DNA of 63,896 nucleotides, the filler included, from Craspedostauros australis (lineage: Eukaryota): the NCBI GenBank assembly GCA_030167865.1. It is 16 parts of 16 records of this genome, joined end to end, with 100 filler letters (N's around TTAATTAATTAA, not from the genome) between each part and the next. Parts side by side here need not be neighbours in the genome. Positions count along the whole stretch, not along the records: positions 57,057 to 61,134 come from JALAGF010004933.1; positions 61,235 to 62,443 come from JALAGF010004937.1; positions 62,544 to 63,896 come from JALAGF010004978.1; 13 more parts are not named here. One strand, 5' to 3'. This document shows positions 58,266-63,896 of this stretch, piece by piece (the stretch's first letter is position 1; each line of letters opens with the position of its first letter). A program made the translations under genes and the position numbers. The notes below the pieces were generated by a model. It saw only the letters and a list, made by a program, of their open reading frames with translations, searched no databases and was not told where the DNA came from.

Positions 58266-59478
58266 AAAACGATTAACTTTACGTAACTATATTCTGCAAC
58301 AATGATTAACTGTGCGAAACTTTATTCTGCAACAACGATTAATTTTACACCAACTTTATTTTCCGCCAATTACGATGTTTGCATAACTTTATTATCCACC
58401 AATTTCGATGTTTGTGTAACTTTATTATTCGCCAATTACCATCTTTGCATAACTTTATTTTCTGCCAATTACCATCTTTGCGTAACTTTATTATCCGCCA
58501 ATTATGATGTTTGTGTAACTTTATTATCTGCCAATTACGATGTTTGCATAACTTTATTATTCGCCAATTACCATCTTTGCATAACTTTATTATCTGCCAA
58601 TTACCATCTTTGCGTAACTTTATTATCCGCCAATTACGATGTTTGCATAACTTTATTATCCACCAATTTCGATGTTTGTGTAACTTTATTATCCGCCAAT
58701 GACGATGTTTGTGTAACTTTATTATCCGCCAATTACCATCTTTGCATAACTTTATTATCCGCCAATTACCATCTTTGCATAACTTTATTATCTGCCAATT
58801 ACGATGTTTGCGTAACTTTATTATCCGCCAATTATGATGTTTGTGTAACTTTATTATCTGCCAATTACGATGTTTGCATAACTTTATTATCCGCCAATTA
58901 CCATCTTTGCATAACTTTATTATCCGCCAATTACCATCTTTGCATAACTTTATTATCTGCCAATTACCATCTTTGCGTAACTTTATTATCCGTCAATTAT
59001 GATGTTTGCGTAACTTTATTATCTGCCAATTTCGATGTTTGTGTAACTTTATTATCTGCCAATTACCATCTTTGCATAACTTTATTATCCGCCAATTACC
59101 ATCTTTGCATAACTTTATTATCCGCCAATTTCGATGTTTGTGTAACTTTATTATCTGCCAATTACCATCTTTGCGTAACTTTATTATCCGCCAATTACGA
59201 TGTTTGCATAACTTTATTATTCGCCAATTACCATCTTTGCATAACTTTATTATCCGTCAATTATGATGTTTGCGTAACTTTATTATCCGTCAATTACAAT
59301 GCTTGTGTAACTTTATTATCCGCCAATTACAATGTTTGCGTAACTTTATTATCCGTCAATTACGATGTTTGTGTAACTTTATTATTCGTCAATTACGATG
59401 TTTGCGTAACTTTATTATCCGTCAATTACAATGTTTGCATAACTTTATTATCCGCCAATTACAATCTTTGCGTAAGTT
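58266..59478. repeat. 33-bp minisatellite, ~35 units
   Basis: Unit TAACTTTATTATCCGCCAATTAC(GATG/CATC)TTTG(C/T)(A/G), with degenerate units at the left edge. Confidence 0.97.
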
Positions 59479-60004
59479 TATTCCTCCATTCCAAAAATAA
59501 CAGCTACACTGACAGCCAAAGACAAGCAAATCAATGGATACACAAACAGACCATGCACAACAGATTGTGACAAGCCTCTTTTTGGCTTTTGTTGCACTCT
59601 ATGGCTGTGTAAGAACACAAACAGACACAAATGTAGTAAAATGTGGATTGTTTGGTAGTCACAAGCAAACATACACAAACACAGACAGCCATATGCATAA
59701 ACAGCCACAGAACAAGAAACCATCTCTGCAGCCATGGTTGTAGCTTGAAATCGGTCTTTCTTGGATGATGATCCTGTGCTAAACAAGCAAACCCCGAGGT
59801 CCTGCAACATCTCAGCCCTGTTCATCCCTGCCCTTTTGTCTTGGTTGGTGTCAACTTTGGAGGTTGGGTGGGCCGACTGTGTCCTCAACTGACAGACACC
59901 AGAAGTTCAGCACAGACACACAGACAGACAAACAATCTGGAGTAAACAGCCATAAACACACAATCAGGAGGTTACAAAGTTTATGCCTTTTTGTACGCAA
60001 TCGT

Positions 60005-60885
60005 CATTCTTCGCGGAACAATCCGAACTTTGTTTTCGCATACATACGCAAACTCACAATACCTGGTTTGTGAACAGTAAAGTTTGCGAACAATCCCATC
60101 TGTGGTGGAAAAAATCTTGTCATGGATTGTTGTTCTTTGCGAAAAAATCCGAACTTTGTTTTCGCATACATACGCAAACTCACAATACCTGGTTTGTGAA
60201 CAGTAAAGTTTGCGAACAATCCCATCTGTGGTGGAAAAACTCGTGTCGTGGATTGTTGTTCTTCATGGAACAGTCCGAACTTTGTTTTTGCATACATACG
60301 CAAACTCACAATACCTGGTTTGTGAACAGTAAAGTTTGCAAAACAATCCCATCTGTGGTGGAAAAACTCTTGTCGTGGATTGTTGTTCTTCATGGAATAG
60401 TCCGAACTTTGTTTTCGCATACATACGCAAACTCACAATACCTGGTTTGTGAACAGTAAAGTTTGCGAACAATCCCATCTGTGGTGGAAAAAATCTTGTC
60501 ATGGATTGTTGTTCTTTGCGAAAAAATCCGAACTTTGTTTTCGCATACATACGCAAACTCACAATACCTGGTTTGTGAACAGTAATGTTTGCAAACAATC
60601 CCATCTGTGGTGGAAAAAATCTTGTCGTGGATTGTTGTTCTTCATGGAACAGTCCGAACTTTGTTTTCGCATACATACGCAAACTCACAATACCTGGTTT
60701 GTGAACAGTAAAGTTTGCGAACAATCCCATCTGTGGTGGAAAAAATTTTGTCGTGGATTGTTGTTCTTCATGGAACAGTCCGAACTTTGTTTTCGCATAC
60801 ATACGCAAACTCACAATGCCTGGTTTGTGAACAGTAAAGTTTGCGAACAGTCCCATCTGTGGCAAAAAAACTCTTGTTGTGGATG
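60005..60885. repeat. 126-bp tandem repeat, ~7 units
   Basis: TCCGAACTTTG at 60022, 60148, 60274, 60401, 60527, 60653 and 60779. Confidence 0.97.
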
Positions 60886-60937
60886 GTTGAGAATGACACA
60901 TTCTTTTGTTTGCAACGTGCTCTTTTGATTGTCTGGG

Positions 60938-61133
60938 CAATCATTCACTGACACGGACTGTATAACAATCAATGCGAAAGAGAGCAACAAAACGATACCA
61001 AGTTTTGTGGACAATCATTCACTGACATGGACTGTGTAACAATCAATGCAAAAGAGAACAACAAAACAATACTGAGTTTTGTGGACAATCATTCACTGAC
61101 ATGGACTGTATAACAATCAATGAGAAAGAGAGC
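60938..61133. repeat. 74-bp tandem repeat, more than 2.6 units, cut by the contig end
   Basis: CAATCATTCACTGACA at 60938, 61012 and 61086. Confidence 0.93.
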
Positions 61134-61234
61134 ANNNNNNNNNNNNNNNNNNNNNNNNNNNNNNNNNNNNNNNNNNNNTTAATTAATTAANNNNNNNNNN
61201 NNNNNNNNNNNNNNNNNNNNNNNNNNNNNNNNNN

Positions 61235-62443
61235 TACGTCGATGCCATCTTGCTTCGCTTGAGTTGATAGATGTGATCGCGAAGTTGCTTCAGCGTGAAC
61301 TGGTGGTACACGACATTCGACTCGTAGAGATCGTTGGGCTTCTTGGCAAGGTGCAGACCCTCATCGAAGTCAGTTGCCAGCTGTGCCTCTGCATTTGATC
61401 CTTTCCATCGAGGGCGAGTGGGCACAATTGGTGGAAGGGCCTTGAATCGTTCGAAAGCCTGGGCATCAGCTTGTGCNCGTNGCTTNTGTTCATNGCATGC
61501 CTTGCGAAGAGTTCGAAGATTGGTACGGAAGTTGACGTAGTTGATTTGCTTGTATTCGACTCGCAGTTCGTAGACGGCACGAGGTTTCATGTCATCAGTG
61601 ATTCTCCCATGCAGAAGATCATCACGGAGAGTCTCCTTGACTGCTGGCCACAACTTGCTGCGAGGCATGATCACCGAATAGTCAAGATGTTGTTCCGTTG
61701 TAGTTTGTGTGTGAGGCTTGTTGTGATGTTGGGGAAGAGTCGTATTGAGACCAAGTGGACTCTACCACTCATACCTTCGATGACAACACCCAGCAATCGA
61801 TACAAAGAGACCAGCATGAGCAACTACAATGAGATGGGTAGCCCCGCCAACAATTATCCGTTGCTTGTTTATAAACTGTCACAAACGGCGATGCACACAA
61901 GACTGCTGGATCTTCCCACCAAAACAGGGCCATGACAATCGTGCCAACGAGCTCAGTCTCCCACATAGTGCTCCTTGCGACGACAACACAAGTATACCCA
62001 ACACGCAATGAATCAGAACCTAGGCTCAACTGTATCCACAACAAATGCTGATCAGCATCATAATATACTAGTTCAAAACCAACCAACCATGGAGGACTCT
62101 CAGGAGAAACAAGCGCGCAAGCGAAAAGGTACGAAGGCCCCAACCAGCGCCACCGACACGCAAATTCTGAGCTTCATTCAAAACCCATCCAAGCACGGCA
62201 AATTNNNTANATTTTGTGATCAGAATGTCTTNCTCTTTGGCCTGGCGCGGTCGCCTGAGCGGAAGAGAGCGTACAATAGAAAGAACTACTTGGAGAAAAC
62301 CGTGAGTGCAGCACAAGGCAATGGCATGGATGAGTTGTGCTCCATGTTCCAGAATCACACCATCGAATCACCACACAAAAAGCGAAAGCATCACAACCAA
62401 CAATCCAACACCCACCCACGAGCCAGTGACTGCCTCATCACCT
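61235..62443. repeat. Second copy of the divergent two-ORF unit at ~39513-40716
   Basis: Nucleotide and protein sequences are collinear, with most differences in the intergenic part. Confidence 0.92.
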
Positions 62444-62543
62444 NNNNNNNNNNNNNNNNNNNNNNNNNNNNNNNNNNNNNNNNNNNNTTAATTAATTAAN
62501 NNNNNNNNNNNNNNNNNNNNNNNNNNNNNNNNNNNNNNNNNNN

Positions 62544-63896
62544 TCCTCAAGTGCTCTCATTTTCTCCATGAGACGAGCATTGTGAGCTTGCGCAGCACAG
62601 ACCTGCGCTTCTGCCTCGGATGAAGCTTTCTGTTGCGCCAATTTTGTGCGAGCATTTGCCTGCTCAATGAGTGCTCGGGCTTCCTGCTCTGGCTGGCGAC
62701 GACGGTCCTCCTCCTGTTGTGCACGAGCCTCTGCTGCTTGGCTGCGTGCTGCCTCCNNNNNNNNNNNNNNNNNNNNNNNNNNNNNNNNNNNNNNNNNNNN
62801 NNNNNNTGTGTGTGTGTCTTGGTTGGTGCTCATTTGTTGCCCATTGTGCGCTTTTCACTGCCTGGTGTGTTGTTGAGCGAGCATCCTCTTGCAACATGAA
62901 CTTGGTTGGGGCTCATGCATGCACTGTTGATGCAAGTCCATCCTCAGAGACAGCAGCTGAATGAACTCCTGTTGTGACAGATCTTGGAACACCATCCATT
63001 CGTTGGTGTACAGAATCGTTTCGGCTCAGCACATTGTCATTCTCGCGACGATGGACAAACCCAGCAGTGGGGGCTTGTGGCATGTCCGAGATTGAGAAGG
63101 TGGTGTTGTCAATGTTGGTTGCTGCTGCGCGCTGCTGCTCCACCATGCNNNNNNNNNNNNNNNNNNNNNNNNNNNNNNNNNNNNNNNNNNNNNNNNNNNN
63201 NNNNNNNNNNNNNNNNNNNNNNNNNNNNNNNNNNNNNNNNNNNNNNNNNNNNNNNNNNNNNNNNNNNNNNNNNNNNNNNNNNNNNNNNNNNNNNNNNGCT
63301 CGGGCTTCCTGCTCTGGCTGGCGACGACGGTCCTCCTCCTGTTGTGCACGAGCCTCTGCTGCTTGGCTGCGTGCTGCCTCCTCCTTGTTCTTGTGGCGCC
63401 CAGTAGAGCGCAGCGCGAAGTTGCAGCTCCTGGCATGTTGCCAAAATGGCTTGCTGCTCCTTGCTGTCCCCAACCAAACCCTTGTTGATGTAGCTGAGTT
63501 GGGGTTGCAAATGGCTGTGTGCCAAACCCAGCAGGCAGGAATCCATGCCTGTTGGCAGCGACACCATGGTGTCCTGAGAATGCTGGGGCTCCTGGTGATG
63601 GAGAGAAGACACTGGGCGCAAACCAGTTGTGGCTGCGTTGNGGAGTTCCAAACGGTGCTCCACCAAATGTGTTGTTTGGCTCCATCCCCGCGATGGTACG
63701 TGAGATGGTGTGACCAAGCGGAATCGCCGCCTTCTGCTGCAGCTCAAAACAGAACGCCACGATGGTGAACGACCCAAGACCGTTGTAGATGATGTGGTAC
63801 TGCGCAGGCATTGGCATCTTCATCACAGCATGCCAGAAGTTGTTGTCCATCTGGAAGTCAACACTTACCCTGCGCGTGACTGCAAGTTCACCGTTC
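62544..63896 (-). pseudogene. Fragmented unknown ORF with a duplicated Ala/Gln/Glu-rich coiled-coil-like segment
   Basis: EAARSQAAEARAQQEEDRRRQPEQEAR is encoded at ~62674-62756 and ~63298-63380. Frameshifted, with gaps. Confidence 0.35.

Noticed and set aside
58266..59478. CRISPR array (33-bp periodicity)
   Set aside because: The units are contiguous with no unique spacers, there are no cas genes, and the context is eukaryotic.
59983..60940. ORFs of 138-225 aa on both strands of the 126-bp array
   Set aside because: They arise from a unit length divisible by three and are broken by a 1-bp indel near 60340.

Overview
This is not one continuous locus. Sixteen short contigs are joined by 15 artificial N-TTAATTAATTAA-N linkers, so adjacency across a linker means nothing. 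The content is eukaryotic and rich in transposable elements, and the protein families suggest a diatom or other stramenopile (inference). Most of the window is Ty1/copia LTR retrotransposons from at least four families, nested in one another and decayed to different degrees. It also holds a near-complete non-LTR retrotransposon (ORF1, then APE-RT-RNase H-Zn; Ambal/L1-like) and a tyrosine-recombinase (DIRS-like) retrotransposon. The latter's Pol has a DIRS-type adenine-methyltransferase-like C-terminus and possibly the tail of a cytosine (C5) methyltransferase at its N-terminus. Other elements are a duplicated pair of divergent unknown ORFs, three tandem-repeat arrays and a 207-bp tRNA-like insertion inside a copia RT. 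Host-type genes are a secreted Pro/Ser/Thr-repeat protein with KxxK motifs, an RNI/LRR-like protein, an FAD monooxygenase pseudogene and a large STAND/AAA ATPase. The most interesting leads are the possible double-methyltransferase YR retroelement, the tRNA-like mobile module, and LTRs with non-TG/CA ends and non-canonical primer sites. All family assignments come from motifs recognised by eye; no searches were run.
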